Source: Dicyema japonicum
Lineage: Eukaryota > Animalia > Dicyemida
Assembly (NCBI GenBank): GCA_011109175.1
Contig: RDEW01000004.1
Span: 24,996-88,995 of the forward strand
Length of the DNA: 64,000 nucleotides
Direction: 5' to 3'
A program made the position numbers and the translations under genes. This document shows, in pieces, positions 25,281 to 36,834 of this stretch. Numbering within the stretch: the stretch's first letter is position 1; the number at the start of each line of letters is the position of its first letter. The notes under the pieces were generated by a model. The model was not told the origin of the DNA, did not search any database, and saw nothing but the letters and a program-made list of their open reading frames with translations.

Positions 25281-25513
25281 TTAAACCAGAAAACCACCAT
25301 CATATCAAAAATAAACAAAATTCTGGTGACCCCGGCCTCCCTCAATAGTCTTCGCATCTTTTCTCGGAATTCTGACTGCGTTCCTGCGCATTTCCAATAT
25401 GGATGGGTCCGCATACCCGAGTCCTTCGCAGGGGCACTGTTCCAGTCGCCTCTATCATATTTTTAAGGCAGGATTTCCACACGGGAAGATTTCCTTAGTA
25501 GGTTTGCTGCTTT
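25281..25513 (-). mobile_element. 5'-truncated family A insertion with 10-bp TSD
   Basis: CAAATACTTA at 25271-25280 and 25514-25523; encodes the family C-terminus EKMRRLLREAGVT. Confidence 0.75.
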
Positions 25514-25559
25514 CAAATACTTAATCTGGGTTTTAAATTATTCTCAAAAATAACCAATT

Positions 25560-26780
25560 TAAAAAAAGACAATTTATATGGAAATTAACAAAAACTATCA
25601 ATTGCTAGAGAAATTAAAATTTAGCATGAAGGTTGCAATATGTCATTGGATTTATTGATTTGATAGTCATTTTAACAACATCATTAAATTAGCCTTCCAC
25701 ACCTTTCAATAAGATAATTTTCAATATCACAATTTTGTTCCAAAATTGGTAATTTCAATGAGTTCGTGAAACGAATTTTCATTCATTATGATTGCTTCAC
25801 ATTCGCAAAAATAATCCTATCTTCTTTTACTAACGAGATTTTCGGAATAACAAAATCTCGCTTTTAAGAAACTCCCCCATCTTGTGATAATTACATCCGG
25901 AGGAATTTAATCTCATCAAACATAGTTCTGCGCTTTATTGATTTCGAAAGAGAAATTTTCATTTTTCGAATTAGTCGTTAACTGGGGTATTTTGACATCA
26001 TTTTTATTGTACAATTTAGCAAATGATAAAAAACGAGTAATATGAAAAACTTTATTATTTTCAGTAAATTGACAGCCTTCACCATATAAAGAGCCGCATC
26101 GCTATTAATAATATCAAATTTGAAATTTTTAATAAGAATTCATCAAAAAGATCTCTATTTGTTTGAATTATAACATTCGAATTCAAATATGCTGAATTTA
26201 TAGCTGATTTCACAATGTATAAAGTCTCTGGTTTGCAAATTGTCCCGATAAGTACATTTAACATTATTTTCCGTTAATGCTACTTTCATGAATAATTAAC
26301 TAGAATTGTTTTTTTAATGTTTTCTGTAGTTCAATATTGTAAAGATCATAAAGTTTACGAATATTTTTTCGAAGTGCTTAGTAGACGTTACATGATAATT
26401 TAATGAATAGCTTTTTTATATAACTATTCCCTAATTTGTAAAGTGGATATATTTAAAAATTTTTTAACCAAAAAAGATCCAGTTTTTCTTATTTTTCCTC
26501 GGAAAGAAAAAGTTGAGCGGTCTCTATACTTTTTTGGCATTGTGTCTGATGTCTTTTTCCATTAAGGTGATGATCGATGTCGTATTGTTTTGATTACTTT
26601 ACTATCTTAGAGCCTTTTTGGCAAAATAAATCTCCTTTAGGTGTTCTTGTAAAAATGTATGAGTTTTTGGAAATTGCTCTTGAAATTCGTTCCTTGTTTT
26701 TCCTCGGAGTTCTAATAGTTTTAATAATCGAGAAAATACAAACCTGTCTTAAATGAAGACTGTCAATGCACAACAAAAAA
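25560..26780 (-). mobile_element. Decayed hAT-type transposase with N-terminal zinc finger
   Basis: GDLFC...KQYDIDHHLNGKRH (zinc-finger-like) and DAALYMVKAVNLL motif. Confidence 0.55.
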
Positions 26781-27738
26781 CAATTTATAAAGTTTAATTT
26801 AAAATGAAATGAAAAAATACTAACAAATTAAAATAATTATAATTATTTATTTTAGGACAAATTTATCTTTGATTCAATCAGACTCCGCATTTATCCCCAG
26901 TCTTCATTCAGAGGAGGCGACGGTGAGAAATGGCTAGGGCTTCCTACGTATGTGCAATGAGCTAGGAAACCCATAAATAAATCTTTGAAATATGGGGATC
27001 ACTTAATTAATTTGTTTAGTTCCTTTCTCGGTGTTCTCTTTTTCGGGGTTAAAAAATAAAGTGTGGGAGATGAATTCAGTCGAGTTATCAAAAAACTAAT
27101 TGAAAAAAATAAGAGATATTAAATTGATATAGAAACTGTTCAGTCGACAGACAAAAATGAAAAGTATCGCGAAATTCTGGGCGAAACGACGAAAAGGCAA
27201 TGTCGTGTAAAATTTTTATTTTAAGACGAAAGGACATATTTTCTTAAAAATAGCAAAAATCAAAAGAAAGGTGAAATAATAAAACAGAAAATCCTATCGA
27301 CACAAGATCTTAGTGACGAATGACCGTCATGTTGGATGTTCTAAATTTTAACATAAAACTGGCAGTTCCGTGGTTCAATGGGGGAGAAATTCTTAGAGTT
27401 ATGGCAGAATTCAGTTAGTGACTTTAATGGTTTCCATAGGATGAATTGTATTTCAATAAGAAACTGCCGATAAATCTATTAAATCGATTGGGAAGCTAAC
27501 TTGAGGCTATCCATTATTGCCCACAGTCACTTTAGGAAACCAGGGTGTAACAGAAAAGTAGCAGCCATAAGGGGAATGTTTTAAGAGATCATCAAAACGT
27601 ATCTTATATGGGCAGAGCATACCAAGAGGAGAGTCTCTTGTTGTGGTCTAGCAAGAAGGATGAGGGCAACAAACTTGGAGGATATTACAGACAATGAATT
27701 AAAGGAAAATTTACTAAGAAAACGTTAAAGGAGTTAAA

Positions 27739-28379
27739 TCAGCTTTTAAATAACTTTTTGAATAAATATAGGAGATTTTTCGATTTAGTGTCGAATATCA
27801 TATTATTGGACATATTCTTGGAGGGCTGGGAGGCCTTCCTCAAAATATAATTTTTGGATCTTTGGTTTTTTAAATCAAAATATATTTTGAGAATCTTCGA
27901 GAAAAACATCTTCACTGAGTCACTGTCCATGGTAGAGAAAATATAGGTGGTAAAGGGGAGCTTGGAGTCCTTTTCAATAGAGATTTCACTAGTGACCGGG
28001 TCCATAACATTCGCCACAAATGCTATGAACGGTAAAAACTTTTGTCGCAGGTCCTCGATCTGCTTCAATATATCCATCGCCTTTTTGTGAGAGACTCTGT
28101 CTCCCTTCTTATAGACTATAATTATGATATCAGCCTCCATGATTGACAGTTTCATCATAGCTGTGCTGGAAAATGCACCACATGTGTCCACCATCTTGAA
28201 TGATGTGTCGCATTTGTTGTCGATGCTTACTCCATAGATGTCCCCAACTGTTGGAATATAAGTCACCACTTTCGCCCCCACAAATAATTTGAAATTAGCG
28301 ATGTTTTTCCCACCATTTTGTACCCCATCACATAAATTTTAAAGCTGTAGAATCTATTGGCCAACCTGTTGTCGCTCAT
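27739..28379 (-). CDS. Divergent Ras-family small GTPase (Di-Ras/RASD-like), intronless, 1-nt homopolymer frameshift at 28275-28279
   Basis: ATG at 28379; P-loop GYKMVGKTS; switch I YIPTVGDIY; DTCG; AMMKLSI; IIIVY. One extra G joins the two frames. Confidence 0.8.
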
Positions 28380-28559
28380 TCCATTAAAACACAGTCTATG
28401 AGACGTGTCTATCTATTTAGCACGATTCTATTTTTGAAAGAAGCGCACAATAAAAGTGTCCCAAAATATCCTATTGATTTCGATATTATTAGATTTATTT
28501 AACTGTTTTATTATTAACAATTAATTTGGAATCGGAGACCGCTTTCGTTTTTTACCTGA

Positions 28560-28725
28560 GGCAATCGAACCATCGGGAAGTATCACAGCCTCGTTCCTGA
28601 TGGAAATAGTGGGGAAATTGGCCCATCGTAAGAAAGACGTGCAGGAAACGGTCTGGCTAAGGCAACGAATGGCGATTGCAGTTGTCCGCGAAAGCGCCGT
28701 AATGTCAGCAACCGCACTACCATAA
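28560..28725 (+). mobile_element. CRE-like element, C-terminal fragment
   Basis: AIEPSG...VWLRQRMAIAVVRES. Confidence 0.6.
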
Positions 28726-28819
28726 CTGCATTTTCCCCCTTTTGTTTTAATTATTTAATTGATTAATAAATAATTTAATTCAAAAAAATTTTATTTTATA
28801 AAAAAAATTAAAAATTTGA

Positions 28820-29720
28820 ATTGGAAATATGCCTCGTAGCCAACTCCGTTCGAGGAACTTGTGAGGAGTACGGGAGCCCATTTGAAACCTCCAAATTTCC
28901 GAAATTAAAAATTGGGGAAACATCTTGGAATAAAAGAAATTTACCAGATTTCTTCGATAATTTGAATTATTATCGACCATTTGGCCGCAATAATATATTT
29001 AATTGTGATGAAACATCTTTATATATCAAAAAATTCCAAACAAAATCTTTTGTCGAAAATGCCGATAAATGCTTCGGAACGAAACAATGTAAGGAGAAAG
29101 TGCTCTATACAATGGAATTCCTACACAAACTGAAGGAATTAGTGATCCTGAAATTATAATCGAGAAATTCGAGAATCTAAAAAAAAGCTTGAAGAAATGA
29201 TATACAATGCATCACCCTCTGCACTTGATGACTAATACGACTTAGACTTAAATTGGGGAAAGTTTTAAAAGAAGGAAGAAACCATAAAATAACTGATTAT
29301 TTTCTTAAACAATTATAAGGACTTTGTTTTCTCATAAAGCACAGGCAAATGACGCGGAGGCTAAACGTATCGAATCGTCTAGTCACGTGTCACTTATTAC
29401 AATCAAGAAAAAAAATCTTATACAATCAAATAAAAACTTTCCGCGTTAAAAATTGTCAGAGTGCAATGGAAACATTGCAGAAGCATCTAGACAACTTGGT
29501 ATAGACTGTAGGTGTCTTCGAAGTTGGCTTAAAATAATACAAATTTGTCAAATTCATCAACCGTCTCACGTAAATTAGGAACTTTTGGAAGAAAAGCGTT
29601 TTTTTCCTGAAATTGAAAAAAAATGTTCGAATGGACCTTTCGAGTGAAAAAATCGGTGGCTAACAAGAACTTCACAGCCAAGAACGGACGCTCCCAGAGA
29701 TTCGACAGGTACATTTGGTT
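28820..29720 (+). mobile_element. pogo/Tigger transposase remnants
   Basis: NIFNCDETSLY..K..TKSF...CFGTKQCKEK (DDD domain start); HTH/CENP-B-like segment 29430-29700 duplicated at 51240-51470. Confidence 0.7.
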
Positions 29721-32689
29721 CTGTGCAGAATCCGTAGGTTCCCAATACCGTAATGTAAAATATATAGGTTAAAAAATAGTTGAATACATAAACCACCTCT
29801 TACTTAAAGCAAAGAGTTTGAAGTCAAAATATTAATAAAATATGTTACCCTACAAAATTGTGGATACTCAAACCTGCTAATTCTCTATTCAAACTACTCG
29901 TTAAGGAAATGGGGCTTGTTAGGTCGTAATTTATCGTTTTAATGACTTTATGGTAGGAAAATGTAGTTGTAATGTTCACTGTAATGAAAGTGAAGAATAT
30001 TTATTCGAGAACTAAAATTGATTTGATACAAGTTTGGGGTTCCTATAAAATTACCCCCAAATGCATCAATTATCGAGTGATTTAGCCACTTCCATTTATT
30101 TTGTACGACAGTGACATCTCGTGTACATGAAACTAATGGAAAAATGGTCATTGATCTTAGGAAATTGATGACTTTGATGACGAATTCTGACTAACCTTTG
30201 GACAAATTATTTTCCACAGCATCATAGGTGATGATGATTAGCCAATAGATTTTCAAACTTTGAGATTGCTAAGTGGACGATGTCTCCCAAAGAATTGAAG
30301 TTATAAAATTATCAATAACCATTGATCATCATATTTGGGGGAGTAAATGTCTGCTTTATTACGTTTGCCCCCAAACATTAATAGAAGCATAGACTTTTAA
30401 CTCGGGAAGTTTGTGTCCACCTGGCGTGCCTCCCACTCACCAACAGGTTTATAAGCCTATATGAACGATCGGGTTTGTCAATTCCCTTTCTGTCCACTAG
30501 ACGACCAAAAGGCAGGACATCTCTTCTCTCTTCTTATTCCGCCTTGTGTAAATATACTTGACGAATTTCTGGTATCATCAACTTTTGGTGGTTACCTTCC
30601 TGTTTGTCATCGATTTCCTTCACTTGAAAGTACAGAAGGGTTAATTTTATTTGTTTAAAGGTCAAGAATCAACATTAAATTAAGGACAAGAAAATCCCGT
30701 TCACTTAAGTGATCACCTCATCTTTGCTTGTTGTTCCTCATGTGATCACACAGACTTTGTAGCTCGCGCGTTCACGTGAAATGATCCGCACCTCATTCTC
30801 CCCCTAAGCCTCAAAGAATGTAGGGTCTACCAAAGAAAACTTCTTAAGATTCCAATTAGTGAGTATTGGAAAGCTTTGATTTTTTAAGTGTGTTTTGCGA
30901 GGTTTGTACCCAAAGCGGTACAACTGTAGCCGATGATTGGCTCAATGTGCTGAGTATATAGGAGTCTAACGGTTGCTCAAACTGGATAGCAGAAAATGGG
31001 AATAAGATGAACCACGGAGGAAGACTAATAAGCTTAAGTCCTTAATTGGAGACAATGAGGAGCTTGTTCGAAGAAAGATCCTTGCTACAGCTCACTAAAC
31101 AAATTAACCACTCCTATTGTATATTTCGTCAATGTCGGCGATTTCCAGGGCTGAAGAACTCAGGATAAACTCTTTCCAGGCCATTCCTTGAACTGAATTG
31201 TCCGAAGAGAATCAACAAAAAAACTCTACAATGTTTGATCTACTGGTTCTTTGAGCGATTACTGATATATTGTGGGGGCTTTTCGAAGACATACTAAGAA
31301 TGGAAATTGATACATCCTCTAACATTCGATGGGGGAATACTCTACTGAGCAGAGATGTCAAACTCATCTTGCTTCGAGGGCCGAATTTATAATGGTCTTT
31401 TGAAGAAGAGTGCCTTAACAGCAGCACGAGCTCCTCCTTCTGACGTTAAAGTCTATGAGGTTCAAATGACAGACCCCATTTTCTCATGTTGAAGTCTTCT
31501 TTTTCCCCTCAATTCAACGTTCCACTTAAAAAACATGTTTTTGTTTGAGTTTTGGAAATACTCTGTGCAGTGTGGACAAGCAAAGTAGGTCAGAACTAAG
31601 AGCGAAAGTCCCCAAGTTCGGATAGGTAGAAATTTAATTTTCATAAAATAGTGTTAAATTACATTTTAGAGATCAAATCGATGTACGAAAACGGTATCCA
31701 TGAAATTATACTGATTTGGTCAAAATAACCTTGATGGCAAAATCATCAACATTAATTTTACGTTTAATAACCTTTAAAGAACCTTAAAATATGGCCGTTT
31801 TCTTAAATTTGATTTTCTGGATCGTTTGTCGTGAATAGGAAAAGGATAGGAGAAACTGACATATAAACGCGCCACTACCAGTGATCGATCTCGAGATCTA
31901 ACCGACGATGTGGGTATACGAGATTTATTTGCATGATGAAATCACCATCTCAATATGATTTTCCAACATTGCAAGCATTTTTGCTTATTTCATAGCTTGC
32001 AGTAGTTGATTATTATTAACCCCAGACTTACCATTGTAAGCCCAGCACAAAGTCATAACTAACCCAAGGAAGAAACCAAAGGGAGAACATCTGCTTGTGC
32101 CGACCAAATCCATCTTCTAATATTTCATTACAGGCTTCCGCTTTCGAAGTGAGGTGGAGAAGTAGGTCCGCACTCTTCCATTTTTGTCCCACGTCCTACC
32201 GTCGCGGACATCACATCATTCTTTAGCGGAATAGTTTTCATAATGCAATCTTCATTAGAGGGTTTGGTCAGGGAGAACAGTAGGAAGATCCCTTTTAACA
32301 AGTGTGTCGTGCCAGAAGGACTCGTCGCCTTACGGGTGGGATCTGTTTGACAAGAATTGACCTTCACTAAAAAACTCAGTCTTTCTGAACCCACGACCTT
32401 CAGATCCGATGTCATCAGACGTTAACGTTCAGCCAGAAGGCATGCAGTAACTGATGGAGTACTTCGATTATATTTTTTTGTAAAATGAGTATGTAGCGCA
32501 GTTAAATTTTTTGCAATTCATTTAGCTTTGAAACACGAATTTTACCTTCTTGGTTAATAAGCAACTTAATACCTTCGAAATAATTGTATGATGGGTAATG
32601 CCTTTTTAGGTTTATTCTTTCGGTATAGCAATAAACTGGTTACATATCAAACAATGTATTTTTCCATCAACCGATTCTCAAGCACGAAT

Positions 32690-32960
32690 CTTTTCAAATC
32701 AGTTCAGATACCTGGAGTAGCTGCCTCAACCGCGGAAAATTTAAAAATCAAGAAATATTCGTGCCTCGGGGACCGCTACCGATTTATTCCTGTTGCGGTC
32801 GAGTCATCGGGACCGTTGGTCCAATGACGGCTGAGTTCTTGCGAGAACTCGGAGGATGCTTGTCAGAAAGAAAATGGATCAACGAGAAGGGTTATGGCTG
32901 AGACAAAAGATTGGAATGGCCATACTCCGAGAAAAACTCGTTCTCGATCCACGCACGCAT
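32690..32960 (+). mobile_element. CRE-like element, C-terminal RLE fragment
   Basis: AASTAENLKIKKYSCLGDRYRFIPVAVESSG. Confidence 0.7.
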
Positions 32961-33129
32961 CAACTAACATTTGTTTTTTTGTTAAATAATTGTCATTAAA
33001 AAATAGAAAATAAATATATTTTATTTTCATTAAATGTAAAAAATAACAAAATTATTTTTTGTGTTTTATAGTCATTAAATCGGGTTGCATTTATGCTTGT
33101 CGAGGGCAGCATGTTTGACACCCCTGTTA

Positions 33130-33560
33130 TTGAGAGTCATGTAAAGAGTGTAGTATACGATTCTTCTGCACTTGCAGTCATTAGATTGAATTTGTGTCCA
33201 ACAGGTCCCTTCAATTGTTCAGTGCCCATTTGACACATCTGAGCGGAATTATTATGTCATCTGAATATGATAGTATTAGTGGTTTGTCGTCGGACTTTCC
33301 CGGTAGGTCGAATAAAAACAAATTACATAGGGGTGGTGACGAGAGGATTCACGTGGCAGTTTGTAGGAATTTTGAGACGGACTTGAAAGTTATTGACACG
33401 ACTTTTCTTCTCCGTCCACTGACAAAGTTCTCAACCACTCTTTAATTTACTTGGAATATCTGAACATCTTCCCAAGTCCTCTGGATTGAGTCGAAACCAT
33501 TTTGTATGTGAATAGAGCCTACTATGGTGTTTTCAATGCCCGGAATGAAGATTTTTGTGA
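33130..33560 (-). mobile_element. LINE RT fragment (family A-like)
   Basis: LFLFDLP...ILSYSDDIII motif. Confidence 0.5.
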
Positions 33561-33587
33561 TGAACAAAGGTGGGGTATAAGTCTGTT

Positions 33588-33720
33588 TATTAGTTAAGCA
33601 ACCCCGACCTCACTAACTTGTAGGAGACCAGTAGCTATTATGTACGACAAAGCGACTCCCATAGATTGGTCATTCTTGGCAATGTAGAAGAGCAGTTTAG
33701 TAATTCAGGACATTCAAAAA
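33588..33720 (-). mobile_element. Family B LINE 3' end
   Basis: Matches 59701-59860 (CCTCACTAACTTGTAGGAG) with a (TAAC)n tail. Confidence 0.7.
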
Positions 33721-34349
33721 GGTTATTTCCTGTCGTAGTTGGAAGTATGTCCCTCGTTACTCCTATGTCGAAGTCCTTCGAGCAAGGGCGATAAGAAGAA
33801 CCAGGATCACCTAATTAGTTCGGTTACTATTGCCTTCTTTCTCGGTATTTCCTAGGATTATATAAAAATTGTCAAAAAATTAAAAAACTTAAATTTAATT
33901 TTTGCGTTATTTTTTATTTTATTATTTATTTAAAAATAAAATTTATTTTTAAAAGTTGTCACGTGTTTCTTCTGTTTGATTTCAATTATGCCTCAAAAGC
34001 CAATCAAGAAACTTGATGCATATATGAAGAAACTGATTAACAAAAAAGAAAAGAAAGCTCCCAACCAAAATAAACAAAGAGGTCGTATATTTCTAATAAT
34101 CTTTCAGGCAAAGGAAAACAGAGTGGGAGATTTGTACACACTCAAAAGATAAAGGTTATCAAGAAGGTTTTATTTCATTTTATGTCCTTTTAGAAGCATG
34201 AAGCTAATATGAGGAAGACTGTGGAAAACGAGTTAAGGGCAACAGTTAACAAGCACGATTCTCGTTCATTCCTTACAAAAAATAATTAAATGTATTTTAA
34301 ATTATTGTTATTTTTAAAAATACTGAGTTAAGCTTACGAATTTTGTATT

Positions 34350-35950
34350 AAAATCATTGAGTCTATATAGGAATCCCCATATTGAAGTAACAGTAGGGAA
34401 GTTCGAATGGTTCTTTTCTGTGTATAATCGACGGGACAACAGGTGAAGCAAACTAAATTCACAGCAGGTTAATTTTTCGGAGAGGCAATTTCATGGAGTA
34501 GTGAGATGGATCATGTGATAAGTTCGGAAATCATTAGAAGCTGGAACCACCTTGCATTGTGAACTAATCCTTCAAGTATTCTCAGTCTGCACAGCAATGG
34601 AAACACAGTCAACACACTAGTCAGCAGTCAAATTACTTTTTAATATCGTAGCTCGTAGTAAGCCTTTGATTTCCTGAGTTATTCTAACGCAATTCCGAAC
34701 ACTCTCCGTTTTAAAACTACCTCTGCTTGCATTGATATGCCAAAACTGCTGATACATCCAATGATATGTGCACCTTTGGACCCTGTGGCTATGACACTAC
34801 ACCTTGTTCCGACGAGATCTCCCATCTGATCGAGTAGTATGGATATTGAGATTGCTTTCATCCACTAACAGAATAGGTGTATTGCTTGACTGCCAAAAGA
34901 GTAGATGCTGTGTAAGTTCTTATATTTCTCCTTATTATCTGGACAATTGACCTTTTCAGATTCATGTCTTCTATTTTAGGGTATGCATTCGAGGATGGCT
35001 AGCCACTGATGATTTACATCAGTATATCAAATTTTTCTTTTAGCAGCTTTAACATTTGCTTCAAGTTACGAAAGGATTCAGCTCAATTTGTTAAATCATA
35101 AAATCCACGTGTTTTCTAATTAACTTATGCGCTTTCCTATCGTCCTTATTTCCTTGTGAAACCCAAAGCTTGATATTTCAATTCAACTGCAAGATCCCTC
35201 TAATCTCTACGGGCTTCATATACAGCCAGGAGCTTTATTTTTAGCATTATTGCTCAACGTGAGTATAAATTAGTGCTACCGTAAACACGTGGAAATACGC
35301 AACTTGCAGGACAGTACAGGACAGTCTGGGAACGTTCGTATGTAAGGGCGAGCGTAAAGTTTAAGTTTATGGACGTTTTATGACCACGTAGAAATCTTTT
35401 CCAAAATATTCGCAAAATCCTGTTTCTATGAACATATCGAAAATTCTGTAATTGGGTTCACCAACTCTGGTTTGTCATGTTTTAATATCAGGTCCTGCGA
35501 ATCTTCCTTATTAAAGTTTGTGATTGCTTTCTTAGTTTCTTCAACAGTGATTGGCCTTTCTAGTGCAAAGTTGGTATTTCTTTTAGTTCTCCAAAGGTCA
35601 GACCATTTTTATTGAATTGATTGTAGAAATGTCCGGATGTCAGTTCAATTTTTCTGTTCGGGACTGTTTTGCCATCGTTGTCATGATGTCATTTCGTATT
35701 TTTCCGTAGATTGTATTGAACATTTTAGTACCATTTTTTAATATTTTTCGACTTCTTCGAAGACTTTGACTTTCCTCTCAATCGTTGTGGCTTTTTAGCA
35801 TCTTTATTTTTTAAATAAGGTTTCTTTCCGTTTTCAGTGCTCTTACCTTGTCCAAAGTTTTAGAGTTCCCAATCATTCAGCGTAGATTTTTTTAGAGGAT
35901 AGTTGCTGGTTCGGCATCTTTTATTTTTTGCAGGCTCTTAGCACTCCGTT
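34350..35950 (-). mobile_element. Highly degenerate non-LTR retrotransposon
   Basis: PITVEETKKAITNF..AGPD RT-proximal motif near 35520; possible zinc-knuckle remnant near 34760. Confidence 0.4.
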
Positions 35951-35989
35951 TGCGGTCATTTTTGTTGCTTTGAATGTTTCGTCATAAAA

Positions 35990-36520
35990 GCTTCTAGCTC
36001 CTTTGACACGGTCAATAGGCTTAAACTAATGGAAGTACTTTTCCATGAGTCAATCCTGATAATGATCAGATATACTCTCCACTATGGAGCTCTTTGTGAG
36101 ATTCGGAAAGACTTACTCAAGAAAATTTAACACAAAGGCGGGGATTCCTAAAGGAAACTCTTTTTTCCCTCAACTGATCACGATATATTTGGAAGCATCT
36201 ATGAGGGAATTCGGATCGTTATATCAAGAGTAAATATTGAAGTGATTTATGCAGATGATGTCGACCTAATTTCCGAAGACAGGGCGCTCTTGGAACATTA
36301 TTAGAGATTGGGAAATGTTTTCTTGCGGTAAACAGACAAAACAGAATTCACGAAAGTTAAAAAGAATAGTGAGCGCACTCTCGAAGAGTAGTGGCGATAT
36401 GCAAAAAACTCAGTTCCCTTCTATTCAAAAACCTCTAATTTCAGAATGTGGCTAAACAAACTTAATCTCCAAATTAAGAAATTAGAGATTGTTCCAAGGG
36501 ATTCTCCGAGGCCCACTCCT
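35990..36520 (+). mobile_element. RTE RT fragment, decayed
   Basis: GIPKGNS and IYADDVDL-like motifs. Confidence 0.55.
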
Positions 36521-36834
36521 AAAATACAGAGTAAATATGTGAAAATACAGAGATATCTTGACTGGATTAGTTGCTGCAATTTGTACGAAAACGAAGTCCC
36601 CGCAAGATATCAATGAGATAACCGATATTATTTATGCAGCATTTATGGCTTTAACTGCGAAGGTTAAGACGCAGGGTACGTGATTGGAGAACGTTGAGAA
36701 GAAAATCTCAAAGCTGTCGGCAGAACCAGATCAATTGTTTTTTTCAGACAAACTCTCCCTATTTTGTAAAAAGGTTATTTAGATGTCCCTTGGTTATGGA
36801 TATAAAAAGGGGGAGCTTGCGAGGATTGAGGCAT

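Noticed and set aside
26930-26975. Hairpin GGGCTTCCTA/TAGGAAACCC as an ncRNA
   Set aside because: Single occurrence, no snRNA, Sm-site or snoRNA boxes recognised, and no second copy to test covariation.
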